Of a DNA stretch of 64,000 nucleotides, positions 46,580 through 56,263 are shown piece after piece. How positions within the stretch are numbered: position 1 is the stretch's first letter; every line of letters begins with the position of its first letter. Origin of the DNA: Vulcanimicrobiota bacterium (GTDB lineage Bacteria; Vulcanimicrobiota; Vulcanimicrobiia; Eremiobacterales; Eremiobacteraceae); NCBI GenBank assembly GCA_963805945.1, contig CAWDVP010000003.1, positions 1-64,000 of the forward strand. Direction: 5' to 3'. Below the pieces are notes generated by a model, which made no database searches, had not been told where the DNA came from, and saw only the letters and a list, made by a program, of their open reading frames with translations. Both the position numbers and the translations under genes were made by a program.

Positions 46580-49240
46580 ATGCGACTGCGCCGCTTGCTC
46601 GCCCTCATCACGTTCGCGTGCGCGATCGCGTCGCCGCTGCGCGCGTCCGCCACCGTCGATGTGACGACGGCGACGTTGAGCAACGGTCTGACGGTCGTCG
46701 TCGCGCCCGTCCACGCGGCGCCGGCAGCGACGGTCGGCGTGCTCTACAAAGCGGGCTCGCGGAACGAGAGCCCTTGGACGACCGGCGTCGCCCATCAGGT
46801 CGAGCACATGATGTTCAAAGGCACGACGGATCTGCTCAAGCCGGGTGACATCGACCGCCGCTTCATCGACAACAACGCGTCGACCGATCAGGATTCGACC
46901 TACTATTACGAGTCGTTCGGCAAAGACGGCTTGGAGAGCGCGCTGCAAATCGAGGCCGACCGCATGCGCAACGCCGCGTTCGACCCCGCGCAGCTCGCCA
47001 GCGAGAACGTCGTCGTGCTGGCGGAGCTCGAGAGCGGCGACAACGATCCGGCCACGGTGCTCGACGAGCAGGTCGAAGCCGCCGCGATGCAGGCGCATCA
47101 GTACCACTGGCCGATCATCGGCTGGAAATCCGTGGTGCAGACGTTCGCCACGCGGCGCGATCTGGTCTACGATTTCTATATCCGCCACTACGCGCCGCAG
47201 AACGCCGTGCTCGTCATCGCGGGCGACGTCGATGCCGCGGCCGCGCTCGCGCTCGTCCATCGCTATTTCGATGCGGTGCCGCAGCGCCCGGTCGCGCCGC
47301 TCGAGGTCATCGCCGAGCCGCAGCAGCGCGGCGTGCGCCGCGTCAACGTGTTCGGTCACGGGTCGTCGAACCGGCTCGAGCTCGGGTACCACGTGCCTGG
47401 CGCGTACTCCGACGATGGGTACGTCCTGGCGGTGCTCGATGCGGTGCTGGCGGGCGGGCAGTCGTCTCGACTGCAGCGTGCGCTCGTCGAAGGCGGATAC
47501 GCGACGGACGTCACCACCGCTCCGAACCAGGCGGTCGACCCCTACATCTACACCATCTCCGTGACGCTGGAACGCGATGCGACGCACGACGACGCGCGCG
47601 CGGTCATCGAAGAACAGCTGCGCGGCCTTGCGAAGACGCTCGTGCCGCCGCGCGAGCTCGCGAAAGCGAAGAAGCAGCTCGTCGCCGCGCATGTCTTCGG
47701 CCATGACGGCATCGAGGCGCTCGCGCAAGCGCTGGCGGAGTGGCAGGCGTGGACCGGCGACTGGCACAACGACGAACGCTACGTCGAGCGGATCGACGCG
47801 GTGAGCGCGGACCAGGTGCGCGCGGCGGCGCAGCGCTACCTGACCCAAGAGAACCAGACGATCGGGACGTACACCGCCACCGGCGAGGCGACGCGCGACC
47901 GCAGCGCGCCGAAGACGCACCGCGCGCTCCGCGACATGGCGCGGGTCGCGGCAGGTGCGGGGGTCATGTCAGACGGGGCAGGCGATCAGGCTGCGCAGCC
48001 GGTGCGCACGGTGCTGGCGAACGGCCTCGTGCTGATCGTGCAGGAGAACCACGCCAATCCGAGCGCGTACATCGAGGCGGACGTGCGCAAGGGCAGCGCG
48101 TACGACCCGCCGAGCGAGCCGGGGCTCGCCTCGCTCACCCTCGAGATGCTGCTGCGCGGCACGCGCAGCAGGTCGTACGACGCGCTGCAGGCGGATATGG
48201 ACGAGCTGGGCATCGACATCACGGCGTCGGTCTCGCATGCCGACAGCGAGCTCGACACGCAGACGCTGAGCGTGGACGAACCCAAGACCATGGCGCTGCT
48301 CGCCGACGTGCTCATGCACCCCGCGTTCCGCGGCGACGAGTTCGAGATGGCGCAGGAGCAACTGGTCGGGGAGCGGCGCGCGGCGCGCGACGACGCGGCC
48401 ATCGTGGCGCGCGAAGGCATGTACCGGGATCTGTATCCGGATGGCGATGTGTGGTCGCGGCCGGCCGAGGGGACGGCGCGCGGACTCGCCGCCGCCCGCC
48501 TCACAGACGCCGAAGCGTTCTATCGAGCCCACTATCTGCCGAATCAGACGGTGATCGTCGTGACCGGCGACGTGAACGCGGCTGCGGTGCGCGACCAGCT
48601 GCAGTCGCTCATGGGCGGCTGGCGCTCGGGACCCGACATACAGCCGTTGCCGTCATCCGCACAGCGGCCGAACCCGTCGCGGTTGACCAACGAGGTCATG
48701 TCCGACGAGTCGCAAGTGGATGTGTACGCCGGAGCGGCGGGCGTGCCGGCGGACGCGCCGGATCGCGACGCCGCAGAGCTGATGAACTTCATCCTCGGCG
48801 GCCGCTCGTTCGTCTCCAAGCTGTTGCATCAGGTGCGCGACGTCGACGGCTACGTCTATAGCATCGGGTCGACGTTCTCCGAGTCGTCGGTCGGCGGCGG
48901 ACCGTGGGTCATGTCGTTCGGCGCGAACCCGCACGATGTCGACGCGGCGATCAAGGAATCGATCGCCCAGATGCGGTCGCTGCAGGCGGTTGCGCTGAGC
49001 GAAAATGAGCTGGCGCAATACAGGCGCTTGGCGGTGGATGACGTGGTCACAGGTGAGCTGACCAACCAAGGCGTGGCGGACGAGCTGATGCTCGACGAGC
49101 TGCTCGGCCGCGGCTTGGACTACCCGCGCCGGCTGCCGGAGATCTTCGCGAAGATCACGCCCGCGCAGATCCAGACGGCGGCGCAGAAATACCTGCATCC
49201 CGACGATCTCGTGATCTCGACCGCCGGCCCCCGCTACTGA
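46580..49240 (+). CDS. Secreted M16-family zinc peptidase (active and inactive halves fused)
   Basis: TLSNGL, GSRNE..GVAHQVEHMMFKGT (HxxEH). Second half LANGL..GLASLTLEML lacks the motif but has the R/Y pair VRDVDGYVY. Confidence 0.92.
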   Translation: MRLRRLLALITFACAIASPLRASATVDVTTATLSNGLTVVVAPVHAAPAATVGVLYKAGSRNESPWTTGVAHQVEHMMFKGTTDLLKPGDIDRRFIDNNASTDQDSTYYYESFGKDGLESALQIEADRMRNAAFDPAQLASENVVVLAELESGDNDPATVLDEQVEAAAMQAHQYHWPIIGWKSVVQTFATRRDLVYDFYIRHYAPQNAVLVIAGDVDAAAALALVHRYFDAVPQRPVAPLEVIAEPQQRGVRRVNVFGHGSSNRLELGYHVPGAYSDDGYVLAVLDAVLAGGQSSRLQRALVEGGYATDVTTAPNQAVDPYIYTISVTLERDATHDDARAVIEEQLRGLAKTLVPPRELAKAKKQLVAAHVFGHDGIEALAQALAEWQAWTGDWHNDERYVERIDAVSADQVRAAAQRYLTQENQTIGTYTATGEATRDRSAPKTHRALRDMARVAAGAGVMSDGAGDQAAQPVRTVLANGLVLIVQENHANPSAYIEADVRKGSAYDPPSEPGLASLTLEMLLRGTRSRSYDALQADMDELGIDITASVSHADSELDTQTLSVDEPKTMALLADVLMHPAFRGDEFEMAQEQLVGERRAARDDAAIVAREGMYRDLYPDGDVWSRPAEGTARGLAAARLTDAEAFYRAHYLPNQTVIVVTGDVNAAAVRDQLQSLMGGWRSGPDIQPLPSSAQRPNPSRLTNEVMSDESQVDVYAGAAGVPADAPDRDAAELMNFILGGRSFVSKLLHQVRDVDGYVYSIGSTFSESSVGGGPWVMSFGANPHDVDAAIKESIAQMRSLQAVALSENELAQYRRLAVDDVVTGELTNQGVADELMLDELLGRGLDYPRRLPEIFAKITPAQIQTAAQKYLHPDDLVISTAGPRY

Positions 49241-49375
49241 AGACTCGCTTGGCCGCCGGACGTGCAATCAAGAAAGTTCCATTAATATCAGATGAGGACG
49301 CGCCACCTCCCAGAGTTATCCAAGTCTTGCGGTCTACGATGTGAGCATGAGCAGATCACCGATCAGAAAGAAGGC

Positions 49376-49966
49376 ATGCTCACAATGAAAACACTCAAAC
49401 TCACGCTCGCCGCGATGCTCGGAATGGCGATCCTCGGCACCACGGCGATGCAGCCGGCCAAAGCCGACGGCGCAGCTTCGACTCGCAACATCATCTTGGG
49501 CGCCGCGGCGCTCGTCACGGGTATTGCGATCGAATCGAACGTCGCGCACAAGAACCAAGTGGCGAACACCGTCGTCGGCTACTTGCCCAACGGCGGCACC
49601 GTGTACCAGAGCGGCCGGGTCGTCCTGCCGAACGGTCAGAGCTACTACCCCGGACAGTACGGGCAGACGGTCGCCTGCAATAACCAGGCGTGCTACATCA
49701 GCGGCGGCAACTCGAATGCGCCGTATTATGGCAACGCGCCATATCAGAATGGCAACACGCCGTACTACGGCAACACGCCGTACTACAATGGCAACACGCC
49801 CTACTATGGCAATAACGGTCAGCCCGCGTACAACAATACGCAGCGCGACAATGACCGCGACCGTGACGATCAGAACAACGGACAGAACAATCAGAACAAT
49901 TGGCAGAACGGAAACGTGTCGTATAGCCCTGGCCGCTCCGCCTGGGGGCACTCGCACAACCACTAG
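49376..49966 (+). CDS. Secreted hypothetical protein with a Y/N/G/Q-rich low-complexity tail
   Basis: Signal peptide ending AKA-DGAASTRNII; NTPYYG repeats. Confidence 0.75.
   Translation: MLTMKTLKLTLAAMLGMAILGTTAMQPAKADGAASTRNIILGAAALVTGIAIESNVAHKNQVANTVVGYLPNGGTVYQSGRVVLPNGQSYYPGQYGQTVACNNQACYISGGNSNAPYYGNAPYQNGNTPYYGNTPYYNGNTPYYGNNGQPAYNNTQRDNDRDRDDQNNGQNNQNNWQNGNVSYSPGRSAWGHSHNH
49715..49813 (+). repeat. In-frame 18/21-bp tandem repeat encoding N[AT]PY[YQ](N)G x5
   Basis: ggcaacacgccgtactac units. Confidence 0.85.
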
Positions 49967-50002
49967 AGACGCGCCGAGTCTGGACGTGCGTCGATAGGAA
50001 AA

Positions 50003-50031
50003 GGGGCCGATCTGAAGATCGGCCCCTACAT
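50003..50031 (-). repeat. REP-like palindrome, family A
   Basis: GGGGCCGATC-TGAA-GATCGGCCCC-TACAT; identical to 783-810. Confidence 0.85.
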
Positions 50032-50044
50032 ATATGGCGGCGTG

Positions 50045-50070
50045 ATGGAGCGGTCGAATTCATTCGACCG
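50045..50070 (+). repeat. REP-like palindrome, family B
   Basis: ATGGAG-CGGTCGAA-TTCA-TTCGACCG. Confidence 0.85.
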
Positions 50071-50077
50071 TGCAGGT

Positions 50078-51511
50078 TCAGAGCGCGGAGGAGACGAGCG
50101 ACGCGAAGATCTGCGGCAGCACGCCGAGCGCGATCACTCCGAGAACGCCGACGACGATCGGGACCCATGCCAGCGCCGATCTGCCGGTGGTCGCAGGCGC
50201 CTCGCCCTCGAGCGGCGCGAACATCTGCCACACGACCTTGAAGTACGCGTAGATCGACACGACCGAGCCGACGATCAGCGCAAGGCCAAGCGCGATGCCC
50301 CACGCTCCGGCGGCGAAGCCTTGTTCGAGCAGCAGCAGCTTGCCGAAGAACCCGGCGGTGCCGGGGATGCCCGCGAGCGAGAACAAGAACAGCGTGAGCG
50401 CGCCCGCCGCCCACGGCCGGCGGAAGAACAGGCCGCGATACGCGTCGAGATCGGCGAACGCCTCGTCGCCGTCGCCGAGCATCGCGACGACCGAGAACGC
50501 GCCAAGGTTCATGAACGCGTAGGCGAAGACGTAGAACGCGAGGCTCGACACGCCGTACGCGCCGACGCCGGCGAGCGCGACGACCATGAAACCGGCCTGC
50601 GCGATGCTCGAGTACGCGAGCAGCCGCTTGAGGTTGCGCTGCCGCAGCGCGCCGAAGCTGCCCACCAGCATCGAGAGGATGGCCAGCGCCCACAACGGGT
50701 ACAGCGCGACGCTGTCGTGCGGGAAGGCCGAATAGACGATGCGCGCCAGCGCGGCGAAGGTCGCGGCCTTGACGGCGACCGTCATGAACGCGGTGATCGC
50801 CAGCGGTGAGCCCTCGTAGACGTCGGGCGTCCACAGATGGAACGGCGACAGGGCGAGTTTGAAGGCCAGCCCCACGACGAGCAGCGCGAAGCCGATCATG
50901 AAGAGCGGTGAGAGCGCGGCCGCCGGCGCCGCCAGCGCGGACAGCGCGATGCTGCCGCACGAGCCGTAGAGCAGCGCAGAGCCGTATATAAGGAAGCCGG
51001 ACGCGAGCGAACCGAGCAAGACGTACTTGAGCGACGCCTCCTGCGAGGCCTCGCGCGGGTAGCCGCTGCCGGCGAGCACGTAGAGCGCGAGCGACAGCTG
51101 CTCGATGCCGAGGAAAATGCCGATGAGGCTCGTCGCGCCGGCCATGATCATCCCGCCGATGGTGCAGAAGATGAGCAGCGCGGCATACGAGCCGGGGCTG
51201 GCACCGTCGTCGGCATGGCGCAGTGACGAGAGCAGCAACGTGATCGTCAGCGCCAGCACGAGCACGGCCGAGAACGCCCAGGCGAACTTATCGGTGGCGA
51301 ACGCGCCGTTCACCGTCGTCGCGGTGATGCCGTATAGCGGCACCATGTACGCAAGCGACACGAGGCAGCCGGCGACGCCGATGCCGTACAACAGCGCGCG
51401 CGACGCGTTGCGGCTGAGCAGATCGGCGATCAGCACGAGCAAGCCGGTGACCGCGAGCGTGAGGATCGGCGCGAGCTGCGCGAGGTCGAAGGACACGCCC
51501 TGGATGCTCAT
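50078..51511 (-). CDS. nuoN: NADH-quinone oxidoreductase subunit N
   Basis: EASLKY, FKLALSPFHLWTPDVYEGSP, KRLLAYSSIAQ, SLAGIPGTAGFFGK. Confidence 0.95.
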   Translation of the reverse strand: MSIQGVSFDLAQLAPILTLAVTGLLVLIADLLSRNASRALLYGIGVAGCLVSLAYMVPLYGITATTVNGAFATDKFAWAFSAVLVLALTITLLLSSLRHADDGASPGSYAALLIFCTIGGMIMAGATSLIGIFLGIEQLSLALYVLAGSGYPREASQEASLKYVLLGSLASGFLIYGSALLYGSCGSIALSALAAPAAALSPLFMIGFALLVVGLAFKLALSPFHLWTPDVYEGSPLAITAFMTVAVKAATFAALARIVYSAFPHDSVALYPLWALAILSMLVGSFGALRQRNLKRLLAYSSIAQAGFMVVALAGVGAYGVSSLAFYVFAYAFMNLGAFSVVAMLGDGDEAFADLDAYRGLFFRRPWAAGALTLFLFSLAGIPGTAGFFGKLLLLEQGFAAGAWGIALGLALIVGSVVSIYAYFKVVWQMFAPLEGEAPATTGRSALAWVPIVVGVLGVIALGVLPQIFASLVSSAL

Positions 51512-53010
51512 AGGTGCGCGCTCACCGAGGCCTGCGTCGTCGCGCTGCCGGGGGAGGGCACACGGTCGTTGAGCCACGCCGGACAGATGCCGAGGAAGAA
51601 GATCGCCGCCAACAGCGGCACGACGAGCCAGAACTCACGCGGCCGCAGATCGAACATGGTGATGCTGCTGCCGCCGAGCGCGCCGACCATGATCGCCTGG
51701 CCGACGCGCGACGATTCGGGTGCGCGCGCCGGGCCGTGCATCGTGCCCTGATACAGCCGCAACATGTAGACCGCCGCCAAGACGACGGCGACGAGCGCGA
51801 GCGAGGCGTACACCGGCTGCGTCTGCCACGCGCCGATCAGGATCAAGAACTCGCCGGCGAAGCCCGACAGGCCCGGCAGGCCGAGCGCCGCCATCGCCGC
51901 GATGAGCATGAAGACCGCTAGGCGCGGCGCGCCTGCGGCCAATCCGCCGAACGCGCCGAGATCGTTCGTGCCCGCGCGCTCGGCGACGAAGCCGACGAGC
52001 AGGAACAGCGCCGCGGCGATGATGCCGTGGCTGACGATCATGAGGATGCCGGCCGGGACCGACGCGAAGTTGAACGCGAAGAGCGCGAGCAGCACGAGGC
52101 CGAGGTGCGAGAGCGACGAGAAGCCGATGAGCGTCTTGGCGTTCCGCTCGGCGATCGCCATGAGCGCGCCGTAGAGGATGCTGCACACCGCGAGCACCAG
52201 CAGCGCCGTGGCGAAATAATGCGCGCCGCCGGGGAAGAGCGGCATCGCGAAGACGATCAAGCCGTAGAGCCCGGCCTTGCTCTGCACGCCCGACACCAGC
52301 GCGACGAGCGAGGTGGGTGAGTGCGTGTACGTCGGCGGCATCCAGGCGTGGAACGGGAACACCGGCGTCTTGATGAGGAACGCCAGCGCGAACGCGGCGA
52401 ACAACCAGCGCTGCAGCTCCGGCGAGATCGCGTAGGTCTGGCCGAGCACTTCGAAGGTGTGGGTCTGCAGCACCACTCCGACGACGCCCGCGAGCAGCAC
52501 GAGTCCGCCGGCGAGATTGTAGAGCAGATAGATCCACGCGGCGCGCCGGGCTTCAGGTGTGCCCGCATAGCCGACGAGCACGAGGAATACCGGGATGAGC
52601 ATCAGGTCCCAGTAGACGTAGAACAGCAGCAGATCGCCGGCGGTGAACAGGCCGAGCAGCGTCCACTCGAAGAGCAGCAGCAGCGCCAGGTAACCGCGCA
52701 AGCGCTTGGCGTCGGCGAAGCTGAACGCCGCCCACACGGCGGGCACGGCGACGAACGTCGTGAGCAGGATGAAGAAGAGGCTGAGCCCGTCCACCCGCAC
52801 GTGATAGGCGGCGGTGAAGGCGCCGCCGACCCAGGCCGAAGAGGTCTGGACGACGCCGTTCGCGCCGATCTTCAGGAAGCTCAGCGAGACGATGAACGTC
52901 GCGAGCGCGCCGAGCAGCGACAACGCCTTGAGCACGGGCGCGTTGGTCCGGGGGACGAGCATCAGCGCCGCTGCGAAGAGCGCGGGCAGGAAGATCATGA
53001 CGTCGATCAT
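51508..53010 (-). CDS. nuoM: NADH-quinone oxidoreductase subunit M
   Basis: VDGLS, IKTPVFPFHAW, SSLSH, SHG, LGLPGLSGFAGE. Confidence 0.93.
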   Translation of the reverse strand: MIDVMIFLPALFAAALMLVPRTNAPVLKALSLLGALATFIVSLSFLKIGANGVVQTSSAWVGGAFTAAYHVRVDGLSLFFILLTTFVAVPAVWAAFSFADAKRLRGYLALLLLFEWTLLGLFTAGDLLLFYVYWDLMLIPVFLVLVGYAGTPEARRAAWIYLLYNLAGGLVLLAGVVGVVLQTHTFEVLGQTYAISPELQRWLFAAFALAFLIKTPVFPFHAWMPPTYTHSPTSLVALVSGVQSKAGLYGLIVFAMPLFPGGAHYFATALLVLAVCSILYGALMAIAERNAKTLIGFSSLSHLGLVLLALFAFNFASVPAGILMIVSHGIIAAALFLLVGFVAERAGTNDLGAFGGLAAGAPRLAVFMLIAAMAALGLPGLSGFAGEFLILIGAWQTQPVYASLALVAVVLAAVYMLRLYQGTMHGPARAPESSRVGQAIMVGALGGSSITMFDLRPREFWLVVPLLAAIFFLGICPAWLNDRVPSPGSATTQASVSAHL

Positions 53011-54943
53011 CGGCCCACCCCCGCCGGCCAGAAGCCGTGCGCGAGATAGACATACGCGATGAGCAGCAGCGCGCCGCCCACCACGAAGGTGAGCCCGTAG
53101 CGCCGCAGATAGCCGGTCTCCCATGCCATCGAGATCGAGCCGAACACCGCCGCCAAACGCACCGCCAGATCGGGCACCGCGTCGACCGCGTCAGGTTCGA
53201 AGTAGCGGGCGAGCGCATTGGCCAGCGCGTACGTCGGCCGCTCGAACAGCCAATGGTAGATGGTGTCGAAATAGTACGCGTTGGTGAGCACGGCGATTCG
53301 GACCGGCGAACGCGGTGCGCATCCACGCCGAGATCGCCGGGCGCCGCTCGTAGATGAACCACGCCAACGCGATGCTCGCGAGCGCCAGCAGCAGCACGCC
53401 GAGCGACAGCTCCGACATCGAAGTCGGCCATGCTCAGGTTCCGCGGCACGTCGGCGAAGGTGGAGGCGAGCAACGGCGTGAGCGCGTCGTGACCCGGCAG
53501 CACCAGCCAGCCGCCGATGACCGTGAGCACCGCGAGGATGCCGACCGGGATCGTCATGGAGCGACCGACATGCGTGTGGACTTCATGCTCGCCGCGGTAC
53601 GCACCGCTGAAGAACGTGATGAACAGCAGCCGGAACATGTAGAACGCGGTCAGCCCGGCGGCGGCGACGCCCATCGCGAACAAGTACGGATGATGGAGCA
53701 CGATCGTCGCATCGAGATCGGCGTCCTTGGAGAAGAAGCCCGACAGCGGGAAGATGCCCGAGATCGCGAGCGAGCCGACCAGGAAGGTCCAGAAGGCGAA
53801 GGGCAGCTTGGCCGCCAGCCCGCCCATCTTGCGGATGTCCTGTTCGCCGCCGAGCGCGTGGATCACGATGCCCGCGGCCATGAACAGCAACGCCTTGAAG
53901 AACGCGTGGGTCATGAAGTGGAAGACGCCGGCGGTGTAGGCGCCGACGCCGACCGCCATGATCATATAGCCGATCTGGCTCATCGTCGAGTACGCGAGCA
54001 CGCGCTTGATGTCGAATTGGACGCAGCCGATGGTCGCCGCGAACAGCGCGGTGACGCCGCCGACGACCGCGACGATCTCCGCCGCCGCCGGCGCGTTGTC
54101 GTAGATGGGATGCGCGCGCGCGACGAGATAGACGCCCGCGGTCACCATGGTCGCGGCGTGGATGAGCGCGCTCACCGGCGTCGGGCCTTCCATCGCGTCG
54201 GGCAGCCATGTCTGCAGGGGCAGCTGCGCCGATTTCGCCACCGCGCCGACGAGCAGCCAGATGCCGATCCAGGTGAGCGCGGACGAGCCCGCGCTCGCCG
54301 CGTGGCTGAACACGTTCTGATACGAGACGCTGCCGAAGTGCGCGTACATCAAGAAGATGGCGATCATGATGCCGACGTCGCCGATGACGTTCATGATGAG
54401 CGCTTTGCGCGCCGCGAGCACCGCGACGCTGCGCTGGTAGTAAAAGCCGATGAGCAGGTATGACGCGAGGCCGACGCCGCCCCAGCCGACGAGCAGCCAC
54501 AAGAAGTTGTCCGCCATGACGAGCAGCAGCATGGTGAACACGAACAGGTTCATGTAGGAGAAGAAGGTGCGGTAGTTCTTGTCGTCGGCCATGTAGCCGA
54601 CGGAATAGAGGTGGATGAGGAAGCCCACGCCGGTGATGATGAGCATCCATACGAGCGCGAGCGGATCGAGCAGCAGCCGGAACGAGATGATGAGGTCCGG
54701 CGGCAGATGCGCCCAATAGCCGACGAAGCGGCTGTGCTCGTACAAGCCCTGCACGCCCGGCGGCAGGCGGAAGATGACGAACGCGAGGCCGGCGCTGAGC
54801 ACGAACGAGAGCCCGATCGAGAGCGTGCCGATGTAGGCGGACGCGCTGCGATGGACGTACGGCCCGAACAGCGCGATCGTCGCCGCGCCGATGAGCGGGA
54901 AGAACAAGATGAACGGCGCCGCCGAGAAGAAGAAGTTCTCCAT
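53007..54943 (-). CDS. nuoL: NADH-quinone oxidoreductase subunit L (two apparent 1-bp insertions at ~53415 and ~53298)
   Basis: KSAQLPLQTWLPDAMEGPTPVSALIHAATMVTAG, DIKRVLAYSTMSQ, HAFFKALLF; the C-terminus continues in two other frames to ETGYLRRY. Confidence 0.93.
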
Positions 54944-55251
54944 CAGCCTCTCATCAGCGAGATGTCGTCGACGTCGACGTTCTCGCGGCGGCGGAACACC
55001 ATGACCACGATGGCGAGCGCGATGGCCGCCTCGGCAGCGGCGACCGTGATCACCAGGAAGGCGAACACCTGCCCGCTCATGTCCACGAAATTCCGCGCGA
55101 AGGTGACGAGCGCGAGATTGCCGGCGTTCCACATGAGCTCGATCGACATGAGCATGGTGAGCGGATTGCGCCGCAGCAAGAAGCCGACCGTGCCGATGAC
55201 GAACAGCGCGGCGGACAGCTCGACGTAGAGATGCATCGGGACCTGCGGCAT
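54943..55251 (-). CDS. nuoK: NADH-quinone oxidoreductase subunit K
   Basis: RRN..MSIELMWNA, VAAAEAAIALA. Confidence 0.95.
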   Translation of the reverse strand: MPQVPMHLYVELSAALFVIGTVGFLLRRNPLTMLMSIELMWNAGNLALVTFARNFVDMSGQVFAFLVITVAAAEAAIALAIVVMVFRRRENVDVDDISLMRG

Positions 55252-55252
55252 G

Positions 55253-55759
55253 CTAGAAGCGCAGCTCCTTTCTGCCCGCCATCATGATGACGCCGAGGAT
55301 GGCGATCAAAAGGATGAACGCGGTGATCTCAAAGGCGAACACATGCGTCGTGAGCAGCTGCACGCCGAAGGCGGACACGCCGCCGAAATCGCCGGTCGAG
55401 GCGGCCGAGGATTGTCCCCAGGCGACGCGGATGCCGGCGGCCATGGCCGCGAATGACGCGACGCCGGCGACGAGCGACGGCACGAGCTGGAACGAGAGCC
55501 GGCCGGGGCCTTGCTCGATCGGCTCGACGCCGAGCGTGAGCAGCGCGACGACGAAGAGGAAGAGCACGAGGATCGCGCCCGCGTAGATGATGATCTGCAT
55601 CATCGCCAAGAACTCCGCCGACAGCGTGAGATAGAGCACCGCGAGCGCGGCGAAGTTGATGATGAGCCCGACCACCGAATGCACCGGCTGGCGGCTCGCG
55701 ATGACCCAGATGCCGGTCGCGATGAGGACGACCGCGCAGATCCAGAAGAGGACCGTCAT
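55253..55759 (-). CDS. nuoJ: NADH-quinone oxidoreductase subunit J
   Basis: PVHS, AEFLAMMQIIIYAGAILVLFLFV, FEI. Confidence 0.93.
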   Translation of the reverse strand: MTVLFWICAVVLIATGIWVIASRQPVHSVVGLIINFAALAVLYLTLSAEFLAMMQIIIYAGAILVLFLFVVALLTLGVEPIEQGPGRLSFQLVPSLVAGVASFAAMAAGIRVAWGQSSAASTGDFGGVSAFGVQLLTTHVFAFEITAFILLIAILGVIMMAGRKELRF

Positions 55760-56259
55760 GCCGGCTTCACGCCCGGCTCGGTCTCCGCCGCCGATTCGGT
55801 GTTGGCGAGATGCTGCGTGTAGGGATCGCGCACCAGCAGCTTGTCCTTGCCGAAGATGAGCCGCTCGCGGGTGAAGTCCGCGATGTCGAAGCGCGGCGTG
55901 AGCACGATCGCGTCGGTCGGGCACGCCTCCTCGCACCAGCCGCAGAAGATGCAGCGCAGCATGTCGATCTCATAGCGATAGCCGTAGCGCTCGCCGGGCG
56001 AGGTCGGCTTGAGCGGGTCGTTCTCCGCCCCGATCACCGTGATGGCGTTGGCCGGGCAGGCGACGGCGCACAGCTCGCAGCCGATGCAGCGCTCCATGCC
56101 GTCGTCGTACTTGCGCAGCTCGTGCACGCCGCGGAAGCGCTCTGCATGCGGGAAGGCCTCTTTCGGATAGTCGATCGTCACTTTCTTGCGGAACAGGTAT
56201 TTCAGCGTCGTGGCAAGACCGGTGACGATGCCGATGGCGGCGCGCAGCGGGTTGATCAT
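55756..56259 (-). CDS. nuoI: NADH-quinone oxidoreductase subunit I
   Basis: CIGCELCAVACP and CIFCGWCEEACP. Confidence 0.95.
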   Translation of the reverse strand: MINPLRAAIGIVTGLATTLKYLFRKKVTIDYPKEAFPHAERFRGVHELRKYDDGMERCIGCELCAVACPANAITVIGAENDPLKPTSPGERYGYRYEIDMLRCIFCGWCEEACPTDAIVLTPRFDIADFTRERLIFGKDKLLVRDPYTQHLANTESAAETEPGVKPA

Positions 56260-56263
56260 CGCT

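Noticed and set aside
49715..49813. Short direct repeats as a CRISPR array
   Set aside because: In-frame coding repeats without unique spacers; no cas genes in the window.
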